Source: an uncultured Bdellovibrio sp. (GTDB lineage: Bacteria > Bdellovibrionota > Bdellovibrionia > Bdellovibrionales > Bdellovibrionaceae). From it: 64,000 nucleotides of DNA. Shown in pieces: positions 9,711 through 19,105 of the stretch. The stretch is taken from contig CAWVRN010000020.1 of the NCBI GenBank assembly GCA_963932905.1, positions 1-64,000 of the forward strand, written 5' to 3'. Below the pieces are notes generated by a model, which had not been told where the DNA came from, did no database searches, and worked only from the letters and a program-made list of their open reading frames with translations. Within the stretch, counting starts at the first letter, position 1, and the number at the start of each line of letters is the position of its first letter. The position numbers and the translations under genes were made by a program.

Positions 9711-10268
9711 ATGATTAAAGTAGTGCTAATGTTCAGCCTGCTTTTATCATCATGCGCCTACAAGATCGGCCAGAAATTTCGATCTTTGCCTGGTGGTTAT
9801 CAAAAGATATCTATTCCGGTATTTAAAAACAAATCTATGGAACCAGGGGCCGAAGCCATTGTTACGGCCGCGTTGAAAGAAGAATTCTTTCGTTCGACAG
9901 TTTTAAAAGTCGTGAGTGATAACGAAGCTGAAGTGCGTTTAGAAGGCCAAATCGATACATTGAAGTTTGATTCCATGGCGATCAAAGAATCGGACAATAA
10001 TAATCATTTACCTATAGGCACTGTCCTTGCGACGTCATACAATATGACCGTGATCTTGAATGTGAAGTTAGTTAGAACGGGAACTTCTGAAGTTTTATGG
10101 CAATCGCAATTTACAGGATCGCGTCCAATGAATGCCTCGCAAGTCACAATAGCTGGAGTGAATTCGATCAATCCAATATATAACCAAAATGCAAAACGTA
10201 TGGTCCTGGAAAATGTGGCCAATGAACTGAGTAATCAGATTCATAATAATTTGACAGAGAATTTCTAA
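9711..10268 (+). CDS. lptE: LPS assembly lipoprotein LptE family
   Basis: Lipobox LSSC followed by AY, SIPVFKNKSMEPG motif, position directly upstream of holA. Confidence 0.8.
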   Translation: MIKVVLMFSLLLSSCAYKIGQKFRSLPGGYQKISIPVFKNKSMEPGAEAIVTAALKEEFFRSTVLKVVSDNEAEVRLEGQIDTLKFDSMAIKESDNNNHLPIGTVLATSYNMTVILNVKLVRTGTSEVLWQSQFTGSRPMNASQVTIAGVNSINPIYNQNAKRMVLENVANELSNQIHNNLTENF

Positions 10269-11260
10269 TGAAACCGAATCAACAAGTGTTTGAACAATTT
10301 TACGCCGATATCGAAAACGGGAAGTTAAAGCCATTTTATTTTTTCTCGGGTGAAGAAGAATTTTTATTAAACAAGAATTATAATTTTTTAGTTGATCGTC
10401 TATTGGATGAAACGGGCAAAGAGTTTAATTTTAACGTTTTTGATTCGCAAAATTTCAATGCGGAATCATTCTTGGATTCCTATAACATGTACCCGATGAT
10501 GAGCCCTTACCGCGTGCTTGTGATCAAGGATTTGGAATCGATCACGGATACAACTTTTGCTAGCGTGGATGAGATTTTTAAAAATCCAAATCCGGCTTCG
10601 ATCGTTATTTTCATCAGCAACCAAGTCGACAAAAAGAAAAAAATGTACACGGTATTGGCTAAACATGCATTCGCATTAGAATTCAAAAAACCATTTGAAA
10701 ACCAGATTTCCTATTGGATTAAATATTTATGCAAAGAACGCCAAATTGATATCACCGATTCGGCATGTGATATTTTGCATTTTAAAATTGGCACAAATTT
10801 AAGGACACTAGATAAAGAAATTCAAAAGCTGATCGATTATGTAGGTGCAAAAAAATTGATTGAAGAATCAGACGTTGAGATGGTCGTGACGGATCAAGTC
10901 CGCAGTACTATGTTTCAGTACATCGATCAGTGGAGTGAACGTGATATTTTAAAACAGCTTAAAATAATAGAACAGCTGGATCGTAGCGGGGAAAGTGAGT
11001 TTGGTTTTTTAAGCCTGCTCGCTCGCCATTTTAGAATTCTGCATTCCTTAAAAGCATTTGCCGAAGCTAAACGATCTAAAGATGAATTTTTACGTGAAAC
11101 GCGTACACCGCCGTACTTCTACGATAAATACCTAAAACAGTCGCGGGCTTGGAGTTTAACAGATCTTGAAAATCAATTGTCGACTATTTACTCCGTGTCG
11201 AATGCGGTAAAACAGCATGGCGAGCTGTCCAAGTCGCACCTGTCTCGGTTGGTTATATAG
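10268..11260 (+). CDS. holA: DNA polymerase III delta subunit
   Basis: PFYFFSGEEEFL, FNFNVFD, PMMSPYRVLVIKD and EIQKL motifs. Confidence 0.9.
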   Translation: MKPNQQVFEQFYADIENGKLKPFYFFSGEEEFLLNKNYNFLVDRLLDETGKEFNFNVFDSQNFNAESFLDSYNMYPMMSPYRVLVIKDLESITDTTFASVDEIFKNPNPASIVIFISNQVDKKKKMYTVLAKHAFALEFKKPFENQISYWIKYLCKERQIDITDSACDILHFKIGTNLRTLDKEIQKLIDYVGAKKLIEESDVEMVVTDQVRSTMFQYIDQWSERDILKQLKIIEQLDRSGESEFGFLSLLARHFRILHSLKAFAEAKRSKDEFLRETRTPPYFYDKYLKQSRAWSLTDLENQLSTIYSVSNAVKQHGELSKSHLSRLVI

Positions 11261-11290
11261 TTAGCTGTCAAATCAGGACTATAGTCGCAG

Positions 11291-11317
11291 TAAGCGTGTG
11301 GTCTGTTATGCCGATAT
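11291..11317 (+). promoter_or_regulatory. sigma28 (FliA)-like promoter TAAG-N15-GCCGATAT
   Basis: Near-consensus -35/-10 boxes with exact 15-nt spacer. Confidence 0.6.
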
Positions 11318-11324
11318 GACATCG

Positions 11325-11654
11325 ATGCAAAAAGATACAGCTCTGGAAAGTCTAAGAAAGTTTCCGCGTAAGAACTATACGCGCTTGATTAGCATATTGT
11401 ACAAAGGCCAATATCATACCTTCGAGTCTATCGAAATCTCGGAAGGTGGACTTTCATTTTTATCGGATTTGGTTCTAGATAACGGGATAGAATGTGTCGT
11501 GAACTTGCAGATTCCCAAAGGGGATTTTGTCAGTGTCCGAGGGACGATTCGTCACTCTTCAAAAGTAAACGGGCAGCTGAATATCGGTATTTCCTTCGAT
11601 AAGATGGCTTTTTCTAATAAAAGACAAATTCGAAGTTTCGTTGCTGCCCGCTAA
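11325..11654 (+). CDS. Single-domain PilZ protein
   Basis: RKFPR (RxxxR), EISEGG and C-terminal GISF; start uncertain. Confidence 0.85.
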   Translation: MQKDTALESLRKFPRKNYTRLISILYKGQYHTFESIEISEGGLSFLSDLVLDNGIECVVNLQIPKGDFVSVRGTIRHSSKVNGQLNIGISFDKMAFSNKRQIRSFVAAR

Positions 11655-11667
11655 TTAAGAATCAGAA

Positions 11668-11943
11668 CTATTTAGAAGCTGTTGCTACTTTATGAGCGCG
11701 AGATGCTAAACGGCCAACTTTTCTAGACATAGTTTGTTTTTTGAAAACACCCTTAGAAACGGCGCGAGTTGCTTCGCTAGTGTAAGCTTTAACTAATTCA
11801 GGAAGAGCTTTAAGGTCTAATGAAGTGATAGCTTTGATAAGTTTCTTTTCCGCTGTTCTAACTTTGCTTCTACGAGCTGAGTTAACTGCGTTTTTTCTAA
11901 CTGTCTGTCTGGCTCTTTTTTCTGCTGACTTATGAGTTGCCAA
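11668..11943 (-). CDS. rpsT: 30S ribosomal protein S20
   Basis: ATHKSAEKRARQ...SRKVGRL; TTG start at 11943 with GGAGG RBS. Confidence 0.95.
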   Translation of the reverse strand: MATHKSAEKRARQTVRKNAVNSARRSKVRTAEKKLIKAITSLDLKALPELVKAYTSEATRAVSKGVFKKQTMSRKVGRLASRAHKVATASK

Positions 11944-12027
11944 ATGTGCCTCCAAAATAAATAATTCGTTGCAAACGAGACTAAGAGCATTAACATAGTC
12001 TAAATACGTTCGCAAGCCACAAAATCA

Positions 12028-12108
12028 AAGGGTACCTCCTAACATTCTGGTACCCAAAGCGTCATCATCATTGCCGCGTTGGGTACCAGAATGTTAGGAG
12101 GTACCCTT
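12028..12108. repeat. Perfect 30-bp inverted repeat with 21-nt spacer
   Basis: AAGGGTACCTCCTAACATTCTGGTACCCAA (12028-12057) and its exact reverse complement (12079-12108). Confidence 0.95.
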
Positions 12109-12123
12109 CGAAATGAAGAAACT

Positions 12124-13728
12124 ATGGAAGATCAAAATAATAAAAAAAATCAAGTAGTTAAGAATGCGCTTGCGATGTCCTTGGGCACGTTTTCAAGTCG
12201 CGTGTTGGGGTTGCTTCGAGATACGCTTCTTATGTCATTTTTTCCAAGACCGATTACGGATGCTTGGACGGCCGCTTTTAGACTGCCCAATATTTTGCGC
12301 CGGTTGCTGGGCGAAGGATCGCTTTCGGTCAGTTTTATACCTGTTTTTGTGGATTGTCTGGAAGAATCTAAAAAAGGCGATCTGGCTAAGGCTCAGAATT
12401 TTTTAAACTCACTTTACACTTTATTGCTGATAGTATTGTCGATTTTAACCGCAATAGGTGTGATTTATTCTGATCGCGTTTTGGCTTTTACGGTGGATCC
12501 AAGTTATGTACAAAATGTTGAGAATTTTTCAATAGCCGTTCGCATGTCGCAAATTATGTTCGGCTTTATATTTTTGATGAGCCAGTACGCCTTATTTATG
12601 GGAGTTTTGAATTCACTGGGGCAATTTGGTTGGCCAGCCATGGCGCCTTTGTTTTTTAATATCTCGATGATCGTGTCCACCGTCATGCCAGATAACTGGT
12701 TTAGTTTTCCAGGTGAAGGTTTAGCATGGGGGGTTTTAGTTGGTGGGGTTTTACAAACAGTCGTGTTAGTTCCACCCTTAATTAAAAAAGGCTACATGCC
12801 TCGGTTGACGTCTACGTTGTGGACTCCCGAAGTGAAAATGGTGTTGTCGCGCATGGTTCCTGGATTGTTTGGGATGGGCGTATTGCAGTTGTCTCTTGTG
12901 ATCAATCAACGATTTGCCAGTTCATTGGGTGATGGACCCATTTCTTATATATACATTGCAGATCGACTATTAGAATTACCTTTGTCATTAGTTTCAGTCA
13001 GTTTAGGTACGGCCTTGCTGCCGACATTATCTAGTTTTTTGTCTGCGGGAAAAAAAAATGCGATGTTGGAAACTGTAGAAACCTATTTTCGTTTAAATTT
13101 ATATGTGGTCCTGGCCGCCGCGACGGGACTGTATTTCCTGGGTGAGCCTATCGTTGAATTATTTTTTCAACGGGGGCAATTCACGGCACAAGATACGGCA
13201 ACCACAGCGCAAGTGATTCAGGTTTGGGCTTTGATAATGATCCCAGCCAGCGCGGTGAGAATTTTAATTCCTGGTTATTACGCAATAAAAAACACCTGGT
13301 TTCCAGCGGTGCTTTCGTTAGTCAGTTTGACGGGGCACTATTTACTAGCGCCGGTTTTAATGGCGAAGTGGGGACTGACGGGACTAAATTACTCCTCATT
13401 AGCCAGTAGCTTGTTTAACTTTACGGTTTTATTTGGTGCTTATCCTATTTTTATTGGATCGATTCCGTTAAGAAAAAGTCTAATTGCGATGGTTAAGTTT
13501 GTCGCTATTTGTGGAGTCATGGCGTTGGTTCTGCAGATTCATCCGATATTAAAACAGGCCTTCGCAGGCCATTGGACTTCGATCACAAAAGCCGGAGTTT
13601 TGTTTTTTTGCATAGCCTTATCGGCCGTGATTTTTATTTTGCTTTCAAAAGCGCTAAGATTAGAAGAGTACGAAAATACCTTTGCGAAGGTTATCGGTAA
13701 AATCACTCGCAAGTTAGGAATCAAGTGA
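12124..13728 (+). CDS. murJ: Lipid II flippase
   Basis: SRVLGLLRD, AFRLPNILRRLLGEG and ADRLLELPL motifs; many TM segments. Confidence 0.95.
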   Translation: MEDQNNKKNQVVKNALAMSLGTFSSRVLGLLRDTLLMSFFPRPITDAWTAAFRLPNILRRLLGEGSLSVSFIPVFVDCLEESKKGDLAKAQNFLNSLYTLLLIVLSILTAIGVIYSDRVLAFTVDPSYVQNVENFSIAVRMSQIMFGFIFLMSQYALFMGVLNSLGQFGWPAMAPLFFNISMIVSTVMPDNWFSFPGEGLAWGVLVGGVLQTVVLVPPLIKKGYMPRLTSTLWTPEVKMVLSRMVPGLFGMGVLQLSLVINQRFASSLGDGPISYIYIADRLLELPLSLVSVSLGTALLPTLSSFLSAGKKNAMLETVETYFRLNLYVVLAAATGLYFLGEPIVELFFQRGQFTAQDTATTAQVIQVWALIMIPASAVRILIPGYYAIKNTWFPAVLSLVSLTGHYLLAPVLMAKWGLTGLNYSSLASSLFNFTVLFGAYPIFIGSIPLRKSLIAMVKFVAICGVMALVLQIHPILKQAFAGHWTSITKAGVLFFCIALSAVIFILLSKALRLEEYENTFAKVIGKITRKLGIK

Positions 13729-14834
13729 AAATTCTTTCGCGACGATTTATTCTTTCGTTATTAGGGCTTTTCGGGGCGGGAGCCGCCATTATGCGCTGGC
13801 AAAAGAAATCACAAGAGGAACAGAATATGATCAAACAGCAATTCACATTAGATTTTCAGTGGCAGACTCAAGAGCCATTTTTATTCTGCGTCCACCATTA
13901 TGATTTTTATCCGAAAGGAAATGCCGAATTTGGTCCGGACAAATTATTGCTTGCTGGCCGTGATATAGGACAAGACTTTGCGGGCAAAGATGGTTTTCGT
14001 ATGTACCACGGTGAAGTGGTTCCTGGATTTCCAGTACATCCTCATCGCGGATTTGAAACGATAACGATCGTTCGCAAAGGGTACGTAGATCACGCGGATT
14101 CTTTGGGTGCTGCCGGTCGCTATGGCCAAGGCGATGTACAATGGATGACGGCGGGAAGTGGTGTTCAACACTCTGAAATGTTTCCACTGTTAAAACAAGA
14201 CCAAGACAACACAATGGAGCTTTTTCAAATTTGGTTGAACCTACCAAAGAAAAGTAAAATGGCACCTCCACATTTCACCATGTTCTGGAGTGAAAAGATT
14301 CCGGTGTTAGAGTTAGACAATAAAAAAGTAAAATTGAGTATAATTGCTGGCAGTTACCAAGGCACAAGCGCTTTACCTCCGCCACCGGACAGTTGGGCAA
14401 GTCAGCCTGAAAGCGATACGGCAATTTGGTTATTAAAAATCGAACCAGGCGGGCAATTTGAAATTCCGGTAACAAAAGCAGATACGGCACGAACCTTATA
14501 CTTTTTCGAAGGCAAAGGCGCGACCTTCAACGGCAAAGATATTGTGGCGAAGTCAGGACTAGTGGTAGATGCCTCTCAAGCGATTACGATCAAAGCCGCC
14601 GATTCCCTTGTGGAAGTATTGATGCTGCAATCTAAATCCATTGGCGAGCCGGTCGTTCAATACGGACCATTCGTTATGAACTCGCAAGCAGAGATTCGTC
14701 AAACTATGATTGATTATCAGCAAACGCGGTTCGGTGGTTGGCCCTGGGAACGCCATGATCAAATTCATGGTGCCAAAATCGAACGATTTGCAAAATACCC
14801 GAACGGCAAAGTCGAAAAACCAGAAGCGATTTGA
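13725..14834 (+). CDS. Pirin family protein (long form) with a possible Tat-like leader
   Basis: GFPVHPHRGFETIT, GDVQWMTAGSGVQHSE, FQIWLNLP and YGPFVMN motifs; alternative ATG near 13827. Confidence 0.9.
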   Translation: MKILSRRFILSLLGLFGAGAAIMRWQKKSQEEQNMIKQQFTLDFQWQTQEPFLFCVHHYDFYPKGNAEFGPDKLLLAGRDIGQDFAGKDGFRMYHGEVVPGFPVHPHRGFETITIVRKGYVDHADSLGAAGRYGQGDVQWMTAGSGVQHSEMFPLLKQDQDNTMELFQIWLNLPKKSKMAPPHFTMFWSEKIPVLELDNKKVKLSIIAGSYQGTSALPPPPDSWASQPESDTAIWLLKIEPGGQFEIPVTKADTARTLYFFEGKGATFNGKDIVAKSGLVVDASQAITIKAADSLVEVLMLQSKSIGEPVVQYGPFVMNSQAEIRQTMIDYQQTRFGGWPWERHDQIHGAKIERFAKYPNGKVEKPEAI

Positions 14835-14911
14835 TTTAAAAGAAAATACTATTGGATAATCTGTTTAGTACAGATAGTTTTTACAGGTACGGTTAGCCAC
14901 ACAAAACAATG

Positions 14912-15589
14912 CTACTGACGATTCAACTTGCTAGAACCATGTACTCGAATGGCCTGAAGTTGACTCTGGCTAAGTCCGATGAGAATTCCAAGAACTCGAT
15001 AGTCATTTTGTTCACTTGTGCACTCGTGAATTCTAATTTGGACCTCGTTTATTCCAATAGTCTTTAAGAAATCTGATTCTAACATGACATGATCCAACGG
15101 ACGAAGTGCTGTAGCCGATTTAAATTGAATTGCTATTTCTGAAATGCCAGTGATCTGCACATGAGACCTTAAAATAGAATGGTTTCCTTCAGTTTCAAGC
15201 ACTGGAGTCATGTTCCAAACGTCTTCCCTTTTAAGAATTTTTGCAATTTTACTTTCTAGTATCATCGGATCTATTGGTTTGATTAAATAATCTGTTACGC
15301 CTTGTTCAATTGCTTTTTTGATGTCCTTTGCTTCATTTCGACTGGTAACAAATATTGCGGGAATTGATTTGAGTTCCTGATGGTTTCGTATAGTTTTAAG
15401 AATCTCCATGCCGCTTATCTTTGGCATCATCCAGTCTAAAATAACCAGGTCGAATTTGGTTTTGCTTAAGATGTCTATGGCGCTAAAGGCATCGCTAGTT
15501 TGACTGACATCAAACCCCTTTTTTATCAGTAGCTTGTCGAGCACTTTTAGATCACTCGGATTGTCGTCTACAATTAGTATTTTATTCAT
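14912..15589 (-). CDS. Response regulator, REC plus degenerate PilZ-like C-terminus
   Basis: ILIVDD, LVILDWMMP and YLIKP; C-terminal ITGISE...LIGL..QLQAIR; ATG overlaps the Hpt stop. Confidence 0.85.
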   Translation of the reverse strand: MNKILIVDDNPSDLKVLDKLLIKKGFDVSQTSDAFSAIDILSKTKFDLVILDWMMPKISGMEILKTIRNHQELKSIPAIFVTSRNEAKDIKKAIEQGVTDYLIKPIDPMILESKIAKILKREDVWNMTPVLETEGNHSILRSHVQITGISEIAIQFKSATALRPLDHVMLESDFLKTIGINEVQIRIHECTSEQNDYRVLGILIGLSQSQLQAIRVHGSSKLNRQ

Positions 15590-15936
15590 AATTGTCCTCT
15601 GTTTTTCTTCCATTCGTTAAATATTTTAATAAACAACTGATACTCAGTTTCAATTTGTTCCAGCTTGGAATGATAGTCCGCACCGTCTGCCCTTTTTTCA
15701 ATTTCTTCAAGAAGGCTTCCTACTTTTTTAGCTCCCACGTTTCTTGCGCTCGATTTAATTTTGTGAGCTTGCTGTCGTAGTTCAGTGTCATTAAAATTTT
15801 GGTCAGTTTGTAAAGAGTTAAAAAAGGCTTCTTTTTGACTCGAGAAAATGGAAACGAGTTCATCAAATAAATCCATTTCATAAGTTTCTTCAAGTGCATT
15901 GAAAGAAGATATAGTTTCTTGAATGAATTTTTCCAT
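15586..15936 (-). CDS. Stand-alone Hpt phosphotransfer protein
   Basis: AHKIKSSARNVGA Hpt signature. Confidence 0.88.
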   Translation of the reverse strand: MEKFIQETISSFNALEETYEMDLFDELVSIFSSQKEAFFNSLQTDQNFNDTELRQQAHKIKSSARNVGAKKVGSLLEEIEKRADGADYHSKLEQIETEYQLFIKIFNEWKKNRGQL

Positions 15937-16346
15937 TAGGCCGCCTTCACTGATGTGTTGCTTATTTTTCTGATTCTTTCGATTTGCTTACTGATGCTCC
16001 ATTCTTTAGAGACGTAACAAAGATATTTGAAATACTTTGCTTTAGGCAATTTTAGCTCACTCATTTTTGTTGAAGAGTAAACAATCACTTCGATCCTTTT
16101 CGAATTCGTATGATTTAAACTATCGATCTGTGTAAAAATGTCGTCAGTCAGCAAAATCATCGATTTTCCTGAAAGTCTAGGCATGAGCCAATCGAGAATA
16201 ACCAAATCGGGTGGGCTATTCAGTAGAATATCCATGGCCATATCTCCGTCATCGGCCTCGTTGATGATATTGTTATCGTTTTTAAGGGCGTATTTGATCA
16301 GCTCCCTAGAATTTTGATTGTCGTCAATGACAAGAATGTTTTTCAT
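15936..16346 (-). CDS. Single-domain response regulator (atypical C-terminal half)
   Basis: ILVIDD, LVILDWLMPRLSG, IVYSS and YVSK. Confidence 0.85.
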   Translation of the reverse strand: MKNILVIDDNQNSRELIKYALKNDNNIINEADDGDMAMDILLNSPPDLVILDWLMPRLSGKSMILLTDDIFTQIDSLNHTNSKRIEVIVYSSTKMSELKLPKAKYFKYLCYVSKEWSISKQIERIRKISNTSVKAA

Positions 16347-16358
16347 ATTTAATTCCTT

Positions 16359-17558
16359 TTAATTTTTTGAAAACAGAGAATCGGTTTGTATCCGATCCTT
16401 CTTGTTTGTTATCGTAAACGTAAATTTTGAGCCAAAATTAGGTCGACTTTCTACTGAAATAGCACCTCCCAGTGAATCGATCAGTTTTTTACTTATAGAA
16501 AGACCAAGTCCGGTTCCGCCATATTGTCTATTCATTGCGCTGTCACCTTGAACAAATGGATTGAAAAGTTTTTCAACTGTATCCAACGTCATACCAATTC
16601 CGGTATCCGTGACCATAAATTTGACGATTTGATCTTGTATCCCAAACATATCTACTTGAATAAATCCACTGTGGGTAAATTTGTTAGCGTTACCAACTAA
16701 ATTAATAAGTATTTGTTTCAGTTTTCTTCGGTCTGTGACTATTTTTTCGGTCGGGTCATGGATTTTGAAACCGAGTTTGTTATTTCGTTTTTCAGCGAGT
16801 GCTTTTAATGAACTAAATATTTCCTCTATCAAAACATTGAGGGAAACTTCTTCTTCGTTTAATTCTATATGACCCGATTCGATTTTTGATAGATCTAGAA
16901 TATCATTTATTAATGAAAGCAGGCTCTCTGCTGAATCGAGAATACCTGACACATATTCAGACTGTTCTGAGTTTAGCTCGGTCGTTTCTTTCATAAGCTC
17001 GGCCATACCAATTATTCCATTCATGGGTGTGCGTAACTCGTGGCTCATAGTGGCCAGAAACTGCGATTTCATTTCGGATGCATTTCTGGCAATTTCATTC
17101 GCTTCTTTAAGCTTTTCATTTAATTTATGGGCTTCAATTATTGTTCTGTTTTGAGTCTGAGTAAGCATAAGAAAATCGAAAATTTGGTCTTGTAACGGGA
17201 AGTCGTTAAAATTCAGGTTCAGTCGGGTCACCTCGTGCACTGCGCTTGCGGACAGACTACCAATAAAGACAAATGTCTCCGAAAAATTCGGTTTTATAAA
17301 TTGACCAATAAGTTTTGCTTTTGTGGTTTTCTCTTCAAGTTGAACAAGCTCATCTAGTACACAATTTAGATTTTCTGGTAAAAAATCGGTTGGTTTTAAA
17401 AAGTGTAAATGATTTTCAAAGTGATCGCCATCGACATTTCTACCAATTAATTTTTTTATCGAACGACCAGCCGTTTGAATTTTGTATTCGCCGTCCACAA
17501 TAAAACTAAAAGGGAATATTTTCTCCAATGTTGAAAGCTGAAGGCTGAGTCTTTTCAT
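16359..17558 (-). CDS. H-NOX-associated (HNOBA/PAS) histidine kinase
   Basis: N-terminal LEKIFPFSFIVD HNOBA-like motif; MSHELRTPMNG H-box; N and G boxes; no TM segment, no REC. Confidence 0.9.
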   Translation of the reverse strand: MKRLSLQLSTLEKIFPFSFIVDGEYKIQTAGRSIKKLIGRNVDGDHFENHLHFLKPTDFLPENLNCVLDELVQLEEKTTKAKLIGQFIKPNFSETFVFIGSLSASAVHEVTRLNLNFNDFPLQDQIFDFLMLTQTQNRTIIEAHKLNEKLKEANEIARNASEMKSQFLATMSHELRTPMNGIIGMAELMKETTELNSEQSEYVSGILDSAESLLSLINDILDLSKIESGHIELNEEEVSLNVLIEEIFSSLKALAEKRNNKLGFKIHDPTEKIVTDRRKLKQILINLVGNANKFTHSGFIQVDMFGIQDQIVKFMVTDTGIGMTLDTVEKLFNPFVQGDSAMNRQYGGTGLGLSISKKLIDSLGGAISVESRPNFGSKFTFTITNKKDRIQTDSLFSKN

Positions 17559-18094
17559 TATTTACCCACGATTTCTAAGGTAAAAATCTTTCTTTCATTT
17601 ATTTCGCTATAGTTGATTTCTACTTTGGTATTATATTTTATTGCTAAACCTTCAAGTAGGCCTTGAACCATAGGTGAAAGACCTGAACGTTTTGACTTAT
17701 ATTCTAATTGGAATTTTGTATCAGAGAGTTCGGTGAAAATGAAACTTGGCGGGGATAACTTTGGCATTGTCATGCCCATTCTGGAATGCAGGTGATTCAA
17801 ATTTTTTAAGCAAGATTTGAAATCTTCACCAAACAGGTCCATTATCGGCCCGTAGCCTTCTTTGGCAGTATATAGGATCCAATATTTCCCGAACTCTCCA
17901 AGGATCTTCTCTGGTTGTAAGTTCAATTTTTTTGAAACCGCCGCGACCAGACGATAGGTTGTTTCGTCCTCATAATACTGCATCGAGATATATTCGTCTG
18001 GAGCATTCGCATCTAGGCATATTTGCGTCCATGTTTCTTGATTAGATAAGCTTAGAACTAAATCTTTAATTCCTTGATTGACAAGACCATACAT
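17558..18094 (-). CDS. hnoX: Heme NO-binding (H-NOX) sensor
   Basis: MYGLVN start, FGKYW, proximal His in NLNHLH, PPSF proline, YxSxR (YKSKR); AAGGAG RBS. Confidence 0.93.
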   Translation of the reverse strand: MYGLVNQGIKDLVLSLSNQETWTQICLDANAPDEYISMQYYEDETTYRLVAAVSKKLNLQPEKILGEFGKYWILYTAKEGYGPIMDLFGEDFKSCLKNLNHLHSRMGMTMPKLSPPSFIFTELSDTKFQLEYKSKRSGLSPMVQGLLEGLAIKYNTKVEINYSEINERKIFTLEIVGK

Positions 18095-18235
18095 ACAAAC
18101 ACTCCTTCGTTTGACTTGATTGTTGTATATCTGCACCAAAATAATTAATTAGTATTTTGAAGAAATCTTAACAAAACTCTAGAGAAAAGCGGTCAGCTTT
18201 ATCCTATTATAGGTAAGCATATAGAAGGAGTTCGT

Positions 18236-18625
18236 ATGGCCGACAAGGCTCAAGTTTCGGTATTAGTTGCAGAAGATAACGAAGTTAATCAGAAAATAAT
18301 TGCGAAAATTCTTTCTAAAAATGGTATCGATTACAAGATTGTTTCCAATGGTGAGCAAGCGATCGATATGTATCAAATTGGGAGCTATGGTTTAATTTTA
18401 ATGGATTGCCAAATGCCTATCATGGATGGATTGGTGGCCACCGAGAGAATACGGGAATTCGAAAAAACAAATGGAAAGGGGCGAGTACCTATAGTTGCGT
18501 TAACAGCAAATGCAATGAAAGGCGACAGAGAAAAGTGCATGGAAAGAGGTATGGATGACTTTCTACCTAAACCATTTCGAATGAATCAGTTGTTGGACTT
18601 AATTAAACACTGGACTACGCCGTGA
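18236..18625 (+). CDS. Single-domain response regulator (hybrid-kinase-type REC)
   Basis: VAEDNEVNQ, LMDCQMP, ALTANA and GMDDFLPKP. Confidence 0.9.
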   Translation: MADKAQVSVLVAEDNEVNQKIIAKILSKNGIDYKIVSNGEQAIDMYQIGSYGLILMDCQMPIMDGLVATERIREFEKTNGKGRVPIVALTANAMKGDREKCMERGMDDFLPKPFRMNQLLDLIKHWTTP

Positions 18626-18703
18626 TAGGAAGACAATTTTCAGGTGAAAGGTATTTATAAAAAATGAAAAAAAATAGATTAATCACAAGGATTGGAGATT
18701 AAT

Positions 18704-19105
18704 ATGAGACGAATAGTTATTGTAGATGATAGTCCCATTTTTCATAGGATCATGGAAAGTATTCTCAAACCGTATTTCCAAGTAGTAGGTAAAGGGTTTT
18801 CCGGATTGGAGGCCATTGACCTGTATACAAAAATGAAACCAGATTTGTTGTTGCTTGATATTACGATGCCTAATTGTGACGGCAAAGAATCATTGCAAAA
18901 AATTTTGTCTCTGTTTCCCAATGCAACGATCGTAATGGTTTCGGGGATCGGTGATATGGACACAGTGAAAGAATGCCTCGAACTAGGTGCCAAAGCATTT
19001 GTAAATAAAGGACAAATTTCAGCTACAAAACCCGAAAACTGCGAACTTCTAAAAGTGGTAAATTATGTTTTGGATGGCAACACCGAAAAAGTGAGAGTCG
19101 CATGA
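18704..19105 (+). CDS. CheY-like response regulator
   Basis: VIVDDS, LLLDITMP, VMVSG and AFVNK. Confidence 0.88.
   Translation: MRRIVIVDDSPIFHRIMESILKPYFQVVGKGFSGLEAIDLYTKMKPDLLLLDITMPNCDGKESLQKILSLFPNATIVMVSGIGDMDTVKECLELGAKAFVNKGQISATKPENCELLKVVNYVLDGNTEKVRVA

Noticed and set aside
11944..12123. N-terminal extensions of rpsT and murJ in the ORF track
   Set aside because: rpsT has GGAGG before TTG 11943, and the murJ extension merely runs through the inverted repeat
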